64,000 bases of DNA from Roseibacillus sp. (GTDB lineage Bacteria > Verrucomicrobiota > Verrucomicrobiia > Verrucomicrobiales > Akkermansiaceae), in assembly GCA_051251855.1 (NCBI GenBank), contig JBPOGI010000007.1:128001-192000 (forward strand). The letters run 5' to 3'. Each line of letters begins with the position of its first letter. The stretch's first letter is position 1. Below, in pieces: positions 10,591-21,113 of this stretch. Made by a program: the position numbers and the translations under genes. The notes beneath the pieces were generated by a model, which was not told where the DNA came from, did no database searches, and was given only the letters and a program-made list of their open reading frames with translations.

Positions 10591-11496
10591 CTACACCCCC
10601 GTCACTGCCAGCTTTGTGGCGACCACGGCATCGAGACAAACCGAATCACAATAACCTGCATGCTTGGCTTCGCAGCTCGAGCAGCAAAAATGACGTTCAT
10701 TGCAACGCATGTAACTGCAATTGATTTGGATATCGCAAGGCTCCTCGCACCACTTGCAGCGCGCAATAATTTTAGCCCCAGAAGTGCGGTTCACTTCCAC
10801 TCCAATGCGCTCATCAAAGACATAGCACTTCCCTTCGAAGCCTTCTCCCCTCGCCTCTTCATCCTTACCATAAGTCACAATGCCGCCGTGGAGTTGAAAG
10901 ACGTCTTCGAAACCTTCTCGCTTAAGAAAACCGCTGAACTTTTCGCAGCGAATCCCTCCCGTGCAATAGGTCATGATCTTCTTCCCCTCTAGGTCCTTAC
11001 GATGGTCTCGCACCCAGCCCGGCAAGTCACGAAAGCTTGGCACGTCTGGAAGCATGGCCCCCTCGAACCGGCCCATCTCCCATTCATAATCATTACGCGC
11101 GTCGATGATGACCACGTCGTCGTCCTTCATCATCTCCTTCCACTCCTTCGGGGCGAGATAGTCCCCCGTCACTTCACGGGGCGAAAAATCTTCCCCGCCC
11201 AATCCCAGTCTTACCACTTCATCACGAGCCTTAATGGATAGCTTTGGGAATACATGACCCTCCGCAGGATCCACTTTCCACTCCATACCCTCCGTCAAGG
11301 AATGCTCATCCATTACCTGTTGATATTCTAAGGTAGCCTCCCTTGTCCCCGAAACCGTTCCGTTGATCCCTTCCTTTGCCACCAGAATGCGCCCTCGCAG
11401 TTCCAAGCGCTCGCAGAGTTCCAACTGCCAACGATGGTAACTCTCCACATCCTCGATCTCGTTGTAGAAATAATAGAGCAGAATCCGAAAATCCAT
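10591..11496 (-). CDS. trhO: Rhodanese-domain tRNA uridine(34) hydroxylase (YceA/UPF0176)
   Basis: GRILVAKEGINGT, IDARNDYE, YCTGGIRCEK, LHGGIVTY, GKCYVFDER and Cys-rich C-terminus. Confidence 0.92.
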   Translation of the reverse strand: MDFRILLYYFYNEIEDVESYHRWQLELCERLELRGRILVAKEGINGTVSGTREATLEYQQVMDEHSLTEGMEWKVDPAEGHVFPKLSIKARDEVVRLGLGGEDFSPREVTGDYLAPKEWKEMMKDDDVVIIDARNDYEWEMGRFEGAMLPDVPSFRDLPGWVRDHRKDLEGKKIMTYCTGGIRCEKFSGFLKREGFEDVFQLHGGIVTYGKDEEARGEGFEGKCYVFDERIGVEVNRTSGAKIIARCKWCEEPCDIQINCSYMRCNERHFCCSSCEAKHAGYCDSVCLDAVVATKLAVTGV

Positions 11497-11551
11497 GGCC
11501 GGTTCTTATGGACAAAGACGGCCAAAAACGAAAGTCCGAAAAGACCGCCCG

Positions 11552-13291
11552 CTATTCGAACCAAACGCACTCGTAGCCACCCAGCTTCCAGTCGGTCTCA
11601 TCCAGCGTCTTCTTACGTCGAAGCAGATTCCGCATTGGCGCGTGCCCGAGAAGACCCTCCACCCACTCTTCCTCAACCTCCAAAGGATCCTCTGAAAAAT
11701 TAAACACACACAGGACCCGACGCTCCTGATCGAGAGACTCCCGCAAAATCGCGAACATATTCCCCTCTGTGGGCACGATCGTCTGAGCAGCGTCCGGATG
11801 AAACGCCGAACACCCACGCCTCACTCGCAACATTGACGCGTAGACATTCGCAATCCAGCCCGCCTCTCCATCAGGGTCATCAAGAAGCTCTTCGATTTCG
11901 CGCCAGCTCAACCTCCGCCGGTTGATATCACGACGCTCGCCCCCTTCCCGCTCGGGGCCCTCCGACCAATTGTGTTCCCCGACAATCGAGTGAAAGTAAA
12001 CTCCCGGAATCCCCGCCATCGCCAGCATCACCGCCTGCGAACAAATAAACCGTCGCGCACCCATTTCAGGATTACCGATCACCTCCATGGCACTCCGGTA
12101 GGTGACATTCATCTCGTAAGGAGCCTTCCCCCCATCAGGCAAGGCGCGATAACTCACCAAGCCTCCTCTCTCCTTCACCCGCTCAATCATCCAATCCAAC
12201 TCCTCAGCCGGAACCAAACCACTCAATGGACGCACTCCCACGCCATCGTGACTGGCCGTAAAGTTGAAATAATTACAACCCTCGGGTAAATTATCCAAAC
12301 CACTTGCCCACTTCTGGAGATACTGAGAATCCCCTTTTAAGAGCGCATGCAGAAGAAGCGGCGGTAACGCGAACTGATAGACCATTTGCGCCTCATCTCC
12401 TTCTCCAAAGTAAGAAACATTCTCCTCATGCGGCACGTTTGTCTCCGTCAGGAGAATTACGTGTGGGGCTACGATTCGCAAAACGTCACGAAAGAGCTTA
12501 ATCATCTCATGCGTCTCCGGAAGATGAATACAAGTCGTGTCCTTTTTCTTCCAAAGAAAGGCCACCGCATCCAAGCGCACAATACGAGCTCCCCGAGCCA
12601 CGTAGTCTAACAGAATATCCAAAAAGTCGAAAAGAACATCGGGACACTCCCAGTTCACGTCCACTTGGTCCGCACTAAAGGTTGTCCAAATATACTTTAC
12701 CCCCTCTGGCGTCTCGGTGGGTGACAACAAATCATGGGGCCTAGGACGCGTGACATTCTTGAGCCACTCCTGCTCAGGCTCCTCCTCAATAAAATATTCG
12801 CTGTAAGGCGCAATCCCTCGCACGTAGCTCTTAAACCAGTCGCTCTCCCGCGAACAGTGGTTCAACACCAAATCGACCATCAACTTGTAGTCGCGTCCAA
12901 TGCGCTCGACATCTCCCCACCCCCCCAAGGAGGGCTCCACCTCTCGATAATCAATCACCGAAAATCCCCCATCCGAACTCGAAGGAGAAAACGGCAAGAT
13001 ATGAATCCCATTCACGGCATCGCGCAGTCGTCGGTCGCAAAAATTTTTCAACGTTGAGAGAGGCTCCTCCCCCTTCCTCCGAATCATATCGCCATAGGAG
13101 ATCAAAACCACGTCCTGCTCCGTCCAGTTGACCGCATCTGCCCCCATTTCGTAACCATCACGAGGCTGCACCCCGTAGCGCCCTATCAGCATATAAAGCC
13201 GATCCGACAACTGGTCCGCCTTCTCTGGCCCGTAAATTCGGGCCAGTCGTAGCTTCATGCGGGAAAAGGTGGTCCTGCGAATTAACTTCAT
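11552..13291 (-). CDS. GH13_18 sucrose-phosphorylase-family enzyme, probably glucosylglycerate phosphorylase
   Basis: HILPF..SSDGGFSVIDY, WTTFSADQVD, RLDAV nucleophile, TETN acid/base, SHDG, PYEMN loop. Confidence 0.85.
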   Translation of the reverse strand: MKLIRRTTFSRMKLRLARIYGPEKADQLSDRLYMLIGRYGVQPRDGYEMGADAVNWTEQDVVLISYGDMIRRKGEEPLSTLKNFCDRRLRDAVNGIHILPFSPSSSDGGFSVIDYREVEPSLGGWGDVERIGRDYKLMVDLVLNHCSRESDWFKSYVRGIAPYSEYFIEEEPEQEWLKNVTRPRPHDLLSPTETPEGVKYIWTTFSADQVDVNWECPDVLFDFLDILLDYVARGARIVRLDAVAFLWKKKDTTCIHLPETHEMIKLFRDVLRIVAPHVILLTETNVPHEENVSYFGEGDEAQMVYQFALPPLLLHALLKGDSQYLQKWASGLDNLPEGCNYFNFTASHDGVGVRPLSGLVPAEELDWMIERVKERGGLVSYRALPDGGKAPYEMNVTYRSAMEVIGNPEMGARRFICSQAVMLAMAGIPGVYFHSIVGEHNWSEGPEREGGERRDINRRRLSWREIEELLDDPDGEAGWIANVYASMLRVRRGCSAFHPDAAQTIVPTEGNMFAILRESLDQERRVLCVFNFSEDPLEVEEEWVEGLLGHAPMRNLLRRKKTLDETDWKLGGYECVWFE

Positions 13292-13426
13292 TCATGGACC
13301 AGAAAGCAAATCCCGCGCCAGCCTCCAATGGCAAAATCAAAGCTGCCGCACTCTCCCGCGCTCAAATCACTAGCTACGACCCTCTTCTCGATCGCGATCA
13401 GCTACAGAGTTCATTCTCTCACCCAC

Positions 13427-14695
13427 TCAATTCACAATCGGCTTCAACCGAAAAAGCCCAGTCGTCGCCTGATATGCGTGATCAAAAGTCATCGTCTTGA
13501 ATTCATGGCCAGCCCCCCATGAGTCAGAAAAAATAACCAATCCCTTCTTTTCCTGATAGCCGATAATGGTCCGCATATGCCCTCCTTCAGTCTGTGGATT
13601 GAGATTCGGAGTCTCCGGGAAGCGCCCCAGCTGAAGGCCCCACAATAGCGGCACTCCCTCATCAATAGAGCTCTTGATATCTTTGATATAGCCTCGCAGA
13701 TCCATCGCTTTGCCAACTCGATAACCATCAGAACTTTGCTTAATCTCCGACAATTGCCGACGGCTCGAAATCATCGCAAGCACTTCCAACCGTGTCTTGA
13801 ACCGATAATCAATCTCATCGAGCTCCTTGGCCATCTGATAAGAGCTTGTGCCTCGACTGGGATCCGAACCAGCAATCTCCGCAATTTGGTGCATATCGAT
13901 ACCCACCCCATAGTATTCGAACACCCGCTGCGCCGACGCCACCACGCAGTAGCCCTTGTTCCCTTGGTCAACCATCGGGAAATCAGCGATGAAGGTATTT
14001 CCTTCCTCATCATTCCGAACGCGACTCCTGAGTTGGCTCAACTTCACTGCACACCCACCACGACGATTTCGCATCGCCTGAACGAGTGGACTCTTGCTCC
14101 TCGGACTTGCCAGTCTAAGACGCAAGAACGCGGGTGCCTGAGCCGTGCTTAGCGCACCCTCATTATGAGTCAGCAGCGCCAGCCCCTTCTTTGACTCCCA
14201 AAAATAACCTTCAATCGGCATCCCCTGCTTCGCATTCGCTTTGCGCGTTTGTGGCTTCGTTCCCAAAATCGAACCCACTTCTTTTCCACAAATAAGAAAG
14301 CGTTCCTTAAAATCCTTCGTCGAGATTCTCGCTGAATCGCCACGACTAAAAAGAGATAAGCTTACCACGCTAACCCTCCCCTTCTCGAAGTCCACCACCA
14401 CCTCATCCACCGGAACCTTCTTCTCAAAAAGCGACAGATCAATTTCGATGTTCGTGAACCGATAGCGGCTCAGTTTAGCGCGCGTCTTGTCCTTCGTCAG
14501 CCAGACCAACCCAAACTTATCATCCTCGTGAAAAGCTTTCGCCAAGTCTTTCGGAGTCAGACTCCAACACTCCGGAGCCTCAATCAATCGATTCAGTGCT
14601 ATCTCGGGAGTCGTCAGCTCGTCCTGCCCTACCATCACATCTGTGCCCAGAAGGAAAACCACCAGCGAGAAACGGCTTAATAGCGAAAAAACCAT
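13427..14695 (-). CDS. Secreted protein with C-terminal papain-like (C39-like) peptidase domain
   Basis: Signal peptide; DQGNKGYCVVAS (Cys), GGHMRTIIGY (His), FSDSWG (Asp). Confidence 0.75.
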   Translation of the reverse strand: MVFSLLSRFSLVVFLLGTDVMVGQDELTTPEIALNRLIEAPECWSLTPKDLAKAFHEDDKFGLVWLTKDKTRAKLSRYRFTNIEIDLSLFEKKVPVDEVVVDFEKGRVSVVSLSLFSRGDSARISTKDFKERFLICGKEVGSILGTKPQTRKANAKQGMPIEGYFWESKKGLALLTHNEGALSTAQAPAFLRLRLASPRSKSPLVQAMRNRRGGCAVKLSQLRSRVRNDEEGNTFIADFPMVDQGNKGYCVVASAQRVFEYYGVGIDMHQIAEIAGSDPSRGTSSYQMAKELDEIDYRFKTRLEVLAMISSRRQLSEIKQSSDGYRVGKAMDLRGYIKDIKSSIDEGVPLLWGLQLGRFPETPNLNPQTEGGHMRTIIGYQEKKGLVIFSDSWGAGHEFKTMTFDHAYQATTGLFRLKPIVN

Positions 14696-14826
14696 CTCCT
14701 AGACAACCATAGCCCCCTTCACCAACACCATTCAAAAATGGCAGAACCATGCTGCTCCTCACTATCCCTGAAAAAATCCATCATATTGGACTGGCGCACA
14801 GGAAACCGGCAAAGACAATACCTCCC

Positions 14827-15582
14827 ATGTATCAATCACTCGAAGCCGAACTCCACGACGTCTTCTGGGACGCAGAAGGCCCCGCTGCGGAGCTGGCGCT
14901 CCTCCGAGACTTCCATCAACGACACCCAGGAAAAGCGCTCGAGCTCGGTTGCGGCTCGGGCCGACTCCTTCTCCCCCTCCTCAAAGAAGGCTTCCAAATC
15001 GAAGGACTCGACAACGCGCCTGAAATGATCGCGCTCTGCGAAGAATCTGCTGCCAAACAAGAACTCACCCCAACGCTTCACTGCTGCGATCTCTTTGCCC
15101 TGCCCTCCGAAGCACAATATCAGGCCATCACCATCCCCGCCTTCACCCTACAACTTCTCCCCGACCCCATTGCGGCAGTCATGCATCTGCGAGAGCGCCT
15201 CCCCGTGGGCGGCGGGCTCTACTTCTCCGTCTTCTATCCTTGGGCCGAGGTCGAAAACGAACTCCCCGAAAACGAATTCTACCCTGATCACAGCCTCACC
15301 TTGCCTAACGGAAAAAGGGCCAGCATCGAGACCAAACACCGTATCGACAAAGATGCTCAAATCCTCACCCGAAGCCATCGCTACCAGATCTCTAACCGAG
15401 ACGACATCGAACGCCAACACGAGTCCACCCAAGTGATTCGCTACTGCGTCGAAGAAGATTGGCTACACCTGTTAGATGCTGCCGGCTTTCAGCTAATGGA
15501 CACCTTCTGGGACTTTCTCCCGAAACAAGACGAAGAAGATGAGAGCGCAGGCGTAACCACTTTTTTCGCCGAGAAGAAATAA
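14827..15582 (+). CDS. Class I SAM-dependent methyltransferase
   Basis: ALELGCGSGR motif I, GLDNAPEMI; ATG 14827 preferred as start. Confidence 0.85.
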   Translation: MYQSLEAELHDVFWDAEGPAAELALLRDFHQRHPGKALELGCGSGRLLLPLLKEGFQIEGLDNAPEMIALCEESAAKQELTPTLHCCDLFALPSEAQYQAITIPAFTLQLLPDPIAAVMHLRERLPVGGGLYFSVFYPWAEVENELPENEFYPDHSLTLPNGKRASIETKHRIDKDAQILTRSHRYQISNRDDIERQHESTQVIRYCVEEDWLHLLDAAGFQLMDTFWDFLPKQDEEDESAGVTTFFAEKK

Positions 15583-15611
15583 AAAAGAGCCACCGCATAC
15601 CGCGACGACTC
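15581..15611 (-). terminator. Rho-independent terminator after ftsH
   Basis: Minus strand GAGTCGTCGC-GGTAT-GCGGTGGCTC-TTTTTT (stem with G-U pairs). Confidence 0.7.
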
Positions 15612-15638
15612 TCTTCATTAAGCTTCTAAAAGTCCGCG

Positions 15639-17951
15639 TTACGCAGGAACTCCCACGATGTCCCCGGCGAGAGGCTCATCGTCATCCTTTGAAGAGGAGT
15701 CGCTCTTACTCGCGGCTGCTTTCGGAGTATCATTGGGAACCTCTGGTGGCTTGGGGGACTTAGGAGGGTTGGTCATCGAACCCGTGTCCATCAACTCAAC
15801 AATATGAGCACCATCTAAAGTCTCAAACTCCATCAAGGCGTCGGCAATCACATCCAAATCGTTTCGATGCTTGGTCAGAAGCTCCGTTGCTTTGGCGTAG
15901 GCCTCATCAATGATACGCTTAATCTCGGCATCGATCTTCTGCGCAGTCGCTTCGGAGTAGTTCTTCGACTTGCCCATATCACGCGCAAGGAAAACTTCTC
16001 CGCCACCACCGTCGCCATACTCGACCATTCCCAGGGCTTCACTCATACCCCACTCACAGACCATGCTGCGGGCTAGGTTCGTTGCCATGTGAATATCTCC
16101 ACTGGCACCGCTGGCCACATCATCAAGGACGATCGCTTCAGCAACACGTCCACCCATCAAGACGACCAACTCATCGAGCATCTCCAGCTTGTGATAGCTA
16201 AACTTGTCCTTTTCAGGCAGGAACATCGTAGAACCCAAAGATGGTCCACGAGGAATGATAGTCACCTTGTGAAGGGGATCGGTATTCTTAAGAATCACGT
16301 TCAAAATCGCGTGACCCGCTTCGTGATACGCCGTTTTACGCTTGTCCTCTTCGCTCAAAGCCAAGGAGCGACGCTCACGTCCCCAGCGGACTTTATCGCG
16401 TGCCTCCTCGAGTTCAGGAAGAGTGACTGCCTTCATATTCTTACGAGCAGCTAACAAGGCAGACTCGTTAATCAAGTTCGCCAACTCTGCTCCTGAGAAT
16501 CCAGGGGTTCCTCGTGCAATAACACCAAGGTCGACATCTGCTGAAAGCTTAATCTTCTTGGAGTGCACGCGAAGAATTTCGGCACGGCCTTTCACGTCCG
16601 GCAGAGAGACAGTCACCTGGCGGTCGAAACGTCCAGGGCGAAGCAAAGCAGGGTCGAGCACATCAGGACGGTTCGTCGCCGCAATGATAATAATTCCTTC
16701 TTGGGTATCGAAACCGTCCATCTCTACGAGGAGAGCGTTGAGAGTTTGCTCACGCTCATCGTGACCACCACCCATGCCGTGTCCACGGTGACGACCAACA
16801 GCATCAATCTCATCGATGAAAATCAGACAAGGAGCATTCTTTTTCCCCTGCTCGAACATGTCGCGCACCCGGCTGGCACCGACTCCAACGAACATCTCCA
16901 CAAAGTCAGAACCACTAATCGAGAAGAAAGGCACGTCCGCCTCACCCGCAATGGCGCGAGCGAGAAGAGTCTTACCAGTTCCAGGCGAACCCACCATCAG
17001 AACACCCTTGGGGATGCTACCTCCAAGCTTCTGGAACTTACGAGGGTCGCGAAGATACTCTACAATTTCTTGAAGTTCTTCTTTCGCTTCCTGAATACCA
17101 GCAACGTCTTTAAAGGTGACCTTGCCCTTTTCCATCGAAAGAAGACGGGCCTTGCTCTTGCCAAAATTCATAGCTCCCCGACCGGCAGATTTCATCTGGT
17201 GGCGGAACAGGAAGAACAGGAGAAGCAACAGAATGAGAATGGGAAGAAAGCTCAGTAGAATTGACTGCCACATGCCGCTGTCTTTCTCCAACACCGCACC
17301 ATTGCGATAGAGATATTCCAACTCCTTATACATGTAGTTCGGCACCTCAACTTTGAAGCGCGCCATTTCAGGATCCTTGCCATCTTCAGAAGAAGCGACC
17401 TCAACCTGCTTCTTGCTACGACCTACGATCACGGCATTGTCGCTTCCAGGTGTGGTGACGATTTTTAGTGATTCGGGACCGCCATCCAAGACCACTGCGT
17501 TCTTCCAGAGAAGCGACTTAAAGCTTTTGAAGGACATCTCGACGCCATTGGTCTCAGTCCCCTCTTCATACTTGGCAAGGTCTCCCACCAAGTCAGAGAG
17601 ACTTTCTCGTGTCACTGAGAGAGAAACAGGCACTTGGAAGTTCTCACCTTCAGTCCATTTACCCTCAGGAGCCTCCTCTAAATAGTAGCCATTAATCACC
17701 GAGCCCGCTGGGCCTCCAGATTCCACAACTTTGAGTGGTTTCTTATCGTCTCCCATCACAACTTGGTCGTTGCGAAGAAGATCCTGAAATTCAGGCCAAG
17801 CGACTTTGTTGACTTTGCCATCATTACTCATCGTGAAAGCAAGCACGATGATGGTGACGGCGAGGCCAAAGAGAAGAAAGACGCGCCAGTTCGAATTCGG
17901 CTCGCTAGCAGGCTTTTTCGAATCGCGGGGAGGATCAGGTTGATCAGACAT
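15639..17951 (-). CDS. ftsH: ATP-dependent zinc metalloprotease FtsH
   Basis: Two TM helices, GSPGTGKT Walker A, FIDEID Walker B, SRH, HEAGH; start at MSDQPD (17951). Confidence 0.97.
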   Translation of the reverse strand: MSDQPDPPRDSKKPASEPNSNWRVFLLFGLAVTIIVLAFTMSNDGKVNKVAWPEFQDLLRNDQVVMGDDKKPLKVVESGGPAGSVINGYYLEEAPEGKWTEGENFQVPVSLSVTRESLSDLVGDLAKYEEGTETNGVEMSFKSFKSLLWKNAVVLDGGPESLKIVTTPGSDNAVIVGRSKKQVEVASSEDGKDPEMARFKVEVPNYMYKELEYLYRNGAVLEKDSGMWQSILLSFLPILILLLLLFFLFRHQMKSAGRGAMNFGKSKARLLSMEKGKVTFKDVAGIQEAKEELQEIVEYLRDPRKFQKLGGSIPKGVLMVGSPGTGKTLLARAIAGEADVPFFSISGSDFVEMFVGVGASRVRDMFEQGKKNAPCLIFIDEIDAVGRHRGHGMGGGHDEREQTLNALLVEMDGFDTQEGIIIIAATNRPDVLDPALLRPGRFDRQVTVSLPDVKGRAEILRVHSKKIKLSADVDLGVIARGTPGFSGAELANLINESALLAARKNMKAVTLPELEEARDKVRWGRERRSLALSEEDKRKTAYHEAGHAILNVILKNTDPLHKVTIIPRGPSLGSTMFLPEKDKFSYHKLEMLDELVVLMGGRVAEAIVLDDVASGASGDIHMATNLARSMVCEWGMSEALGMVEYGDGGGGEVFLARDMGKSKNYSEATAQKIDAEIKRIIDEAYAKATELLTKHRNDLDVIADALMEFETLDGAHIVELMDTGSMTNPPKSPKPPEVPNDTPKAAASKSDSSSKDDDEPLAGDIVGVPA

Positions 17952-18192
17952 ATATGAACGGTTGCGTTTCAAAGGCGAGAATGACCCTCGCCCTTTGGGT
18001 GGGCACCATACTCTAGCTTTCCTAATTGGAAAATGCCTTTTTCTGGCGCATTTCGGGGCATTTCGCTCCCCTGTGTGCAAAAAATTACGTCAGCGAAGGG
18101 CAAAAGCCGCTACCGCCGCCGTCTTGGGCTTTGAAAAAAACCTCTCGAATAGCAAAAGAGCACCAATCTCCAATAGAAACAGGCCTCAAAAG

Positions 18193-18921
18193 TTACCCTG
18201 CCTGCTGAGTGATGACGACTTCCTCATAGGGCTGAATCACCACAAAACCGTCTCCTTCGAACTTCATCTGGAAACTCTCACCGCTGCCTCGTCCGATAAA
18301 ACTCCGGAGAGAAACGTCGGTTTTGAACTCAGGTTGAAGATTCCCGCTCCATGCAACCGTCGCATTAGGATCCGTAAAAACAGGGTTGCCAGGGGTCACT
18401 CGGAGGGTTCTTGGCTCATAGTGACTGGTAATCGCCAACATACCTTCACCAGAAATGAAGACATTGAAAAGTCCGCCCGACATCATCGCAGCCATCTTCT
18501 TCATCATCGAAATCTTATGAGTCAGGCTGCTCTCGAAGGCCAACATATCGTTGCCATTCACATAGAGGCTCTCTCCATTCAACTTGATAATGCTCACTTT
18601 TTTCCCCGAGTCAGCGAGATAGAGCTTACCGTTTCCGTCAGCGTAGGTGATCTGCATCCCCTCGCCCGACACTGCCTTTTTCAAAAGACCACCCATTCCT
18701 TGGTCAAGTGCACCCTCACGAGTGAATTTAATATCACCCTGATAAGCGACCATCGCGCCCTTCTTCATATTCACACGCCCATTGAGGTTCACCTCCAACA
18801 GGCGCTCAGTCTCCTTCTCGAAAAAGCCATGGCCTTTATCTTTTTCAGAGGTGGATTGAACGAACTCGTCGAGACTGTAGCTCACTGGGCTACCGGTTGG
18901 CATAGGAGGTGGCGTTGTCAT
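18193..18921 (-). CDS. AIM24 family protein
   Basis: KKGAMVAYQG, LKKAVSGEG, GGLFNV, DPNATVAW, GRGSGESFQMKFEGDGFVVIQPYE. Confidence 0.9.
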   Translation of the reverse strand: MTTPPPMPTGSPVSYSLDEFVQSTSEKDKGHGFFEKETERLLEVNLNGRVNMKKGAMVAYQGDIKFTREGALDQGMGGLLKKAVSGEGMQITYADGNGKLYLADSGKKVSIIKLNGESLYVNGNDMLAFESSLTHKISMMKKMAAMMSGGLFNVFISGEGMLAITSHYEPRTLRVTPGNPVFTDPNATVAWSGNLQPEFKTDVSLRSFIGRGSGESFQMKFEGDGFVVIQPYEEVVITQQAG

Positions 18922-19009
18922 AGCAACTTTCTTCTAAACCAATCCGCCCTTAAACCTAAGTCAAAAGGTGGGCATGACTTCATCGATAGAAAAAGACCGC
19001 TTAAGCCGA

Positions 19010-19810
19010 CTATTCCTCAATAATCTCACGAAATCTTCTGACTGTGAGCGCTTTTCCCGTGTCCGTATCAACATCAACAATCATACCACCCAGCTCCACA
19101 GGCCCCTTCGCGATCGGGAAGCGGGTCGGCATCCCCGTCCGGAAACGCCAGACTACACTATCGACCGCCCGGCCCAGCACCGAATAATGAGGCCCACACA
19201 TCCCCGCATCCGTTAGCACCGCCGTCCCTCCCGGTAGAATTCGCTCATCAGCCGTCTGGACATGGGTATGAGTCCCTGCCACCGCTGAGACTTTACCGTC
19301 GAGATGGTGTCCAAAACCGATTTTCTCGCTGGTAGCTTCCGCATGAAAATCCACAAAGATCACCTTCACCCCCTCTGCGCGCAAGCGGTTTACTTCCTTC
19401 TCGGCACGAGTGAACGGATCTTCCAGCGGTGGCTGCATAAAGACCCGCCCCTGCGCATTGACCACCGCGACTTTTCCCTTGTCAGTTTCTAGGACCACAC
19501 TGCCAGCGCCCGTTGTTCCTTCCGGCCAATTGATAGGCCTCAGCAACCGAGGCTCCGTCGGAAAGTAGTCCACAATCTCCTTCTGATCCCAGACATGGTC
19601 CCCCGTTGTCACCACCGCAATTCCCGCCCGCAGCAAGTCGATCGATAGCTTGGGCGTAATTCCCCGTCCCCCCGCAATATTCTCGCCATTGGCGATTACG
19701 AAATCAATTTCTTCCTCTTTCCTCAGCTCCGGGAGCCGACGGTAAATCGCCTCCCGACCGGGCTCCCCCACAATATCCCCCAAGAACAAAATCCGAATCG
19801 CCTCTCCCAT
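19010..19810 (-). CDS. YmdB-like (TIGR00282) metallophosphoesterase
   Basis: ILFLGDIVGEPGR, NGEN, DFHAEATSEK, GTHTHVQTADE. Confidence 0.92.
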   Translation of the reverse strand: MGEAIRILFLGDIVGEPGREAIYRRLPELRKEEEIDFVIANGENIAGGRGITPKLSIDLLRAGIAVVTTGDHVWDQKEIVDYFPTEPRLLRPINWPEGTTGAGSVVLETDKGKVAVVNAQGRVFMQPPLEDPFTRAEKEVNRLRAEGVKVIFVDFHAEATSEKIGFGHHLDGKVSAVAGTHTHVQTADERILPGGTAVLTDAGMCGPHYSVLGRAVDSVVWRFRTGMPTRFPIAKGPVELGGMIVDVDTDTGKALTVRRFREIIEE

Positions 19811-19878
19811 GCCCTCGAGCAAACCGTATCTCCCCACAAACAGCAATCCAAAGCCGTGAATGCGAGACGAGAATTTCG

Positions 19879-21084
19879 TTACAGAAACAAACTCGCAATC
19901 GAGGCGCTCATCAAATTAGAACACGTCGCCGCGTAAACCGCAAAAAGCCCCAGCCTCGCAATCTCCGGCCGGCGCTCCGGAGCCATCACTCCGAGCCCGC
20001 CCAGCAAAATCGCAATCGAGGACAAATTTGCAAATCCACAAAGGGCAAAAGTCATAATCCCGTGAGAGCGAGTGGAAATACTTTCGGCAGCTTGAAAACC
20101 CTCCAGTGACTTAAAGGCGATAAACTCGTTGGCTACCAACTTCGTTCCAATCAAGCTTCCTCCTTGAGAAGCTTCATGCCAAGGAATTCCAAGCAACCAA
20201 GCCACGGGAGCAAAGGCCCAGCCAAAAAGACCCTCTAAAGACCAATCTGCCTTAAACCACTTCCCAGCCTCCCCAAATCCAAGATTGATCACCGCAATCA
20301 ATCCAATAAACGCCAACAGCATCGCTCCCACATTGAGGGCCAACTGCATTCCGCTCGAAGCCCCCTGCGCAGCGGCGTCAAAGACATTGGCCGGTTTCTC
20401 CTCCTCATCCTGATAAACCTTAACGTTCCGAACCGGCTTCCCCGTTTCTGGCAAAAGCAGCTTCGCAAAAAGAAGCCCTCCCGGAGCCGACATAAAGGAA
20501 GCCGCGATAAGGTAATTCAACTCGACCCCCATGCTCGCATAGCCAGCCATCACCGAACCCGCAATACTGGCAAGTCCTCCTACCATCACGGCAAAAAGCT
20601 CAGAACGGGTCATGCCCGCAATATAAGGCCGCACTACCAGCGGAGCTTCTGTCTGCCCAACGAACACGTTGGCCGCAGCCGAAAGTGATTCCGCATGGCT
20701 CGTCCCAAGAAGCTTACTTACCAAACCACCGAACAAGGTAATGATCCAATTCATTACTCCTAAGTAATAGAGGACCGCAATCAGCGAACTGAAAAAGACA
20801 ATCACCGGCAACACGTTGAAGGCGAAAAAGAAGCCCAAAGAAAAGTCCCCCGCTGGCCCAAAGAGAAATTCAATCCCCTCCTGCCCCGCACCAATAATCG
20901 CCCCCACAAACTCGCTCATCCATCTCAGAGCCGTTCGCCCCCACGGGACAAATAGGACGACCACCGCCACCAAAAACTGCAATGCAAAAGCTCCGCCCAC
21001 CGCTCTCCATCGAATTGCCTTCCGGTCCTTCGAGAGGAGAAAGCCCAATCCGAGCAAAGCTACGATGCCGAGAATTCCAGTCAC
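19879..21084 (-). CDS. nupC: NupC/CNT family nucleoside transporter
   Basis: [34 protein letters not shown] motifs; GTG start. Confidence 0.9.
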   Translation of the reverse strand: MTGILGIVALLGLGFLLSKDRKAIRWRAVGGAFALQFLVAVVVLFVPWGRTALRWMSEFVGAIIGAGQEGIEFLFGPAGDFSLGFFFAFNVLPVIVFFSSLIAVLYYLGVMNWIITLFGGLVSKLLGTSHAESLSAAANVFVGQTEAPLVVRPYIAGMTRSELFAVMVGGLASIAGSVMAGYASMGVELNYLIAASFMSAPGGLLFAKLLLPETGKPVRNVKVYQDEEEKPANVFDAAAQGASSGMQLALNVGAMLLAFIGLIAVINLGFGEAGKWFKADWSLEGLFGWAFAPVAWLLGIPWHEASQGGSLIGTKLVANEFIAFKSLEGFQAAESISTRSHGIMTFALCGFANLSSIAILLGGLGVMAPERRPEIARLGLFAVYAATCSNLMSASIASLFL

Positions 21085-21113
21085 TGGTTATTAGAGCATT
21101 TCATATTCCAATT

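Noticed and set aside
17962..19023. 353-aa plus-strand ORF
   Set aside because: Antisense shadow of the AIM24 gene; no recognisable motifs.
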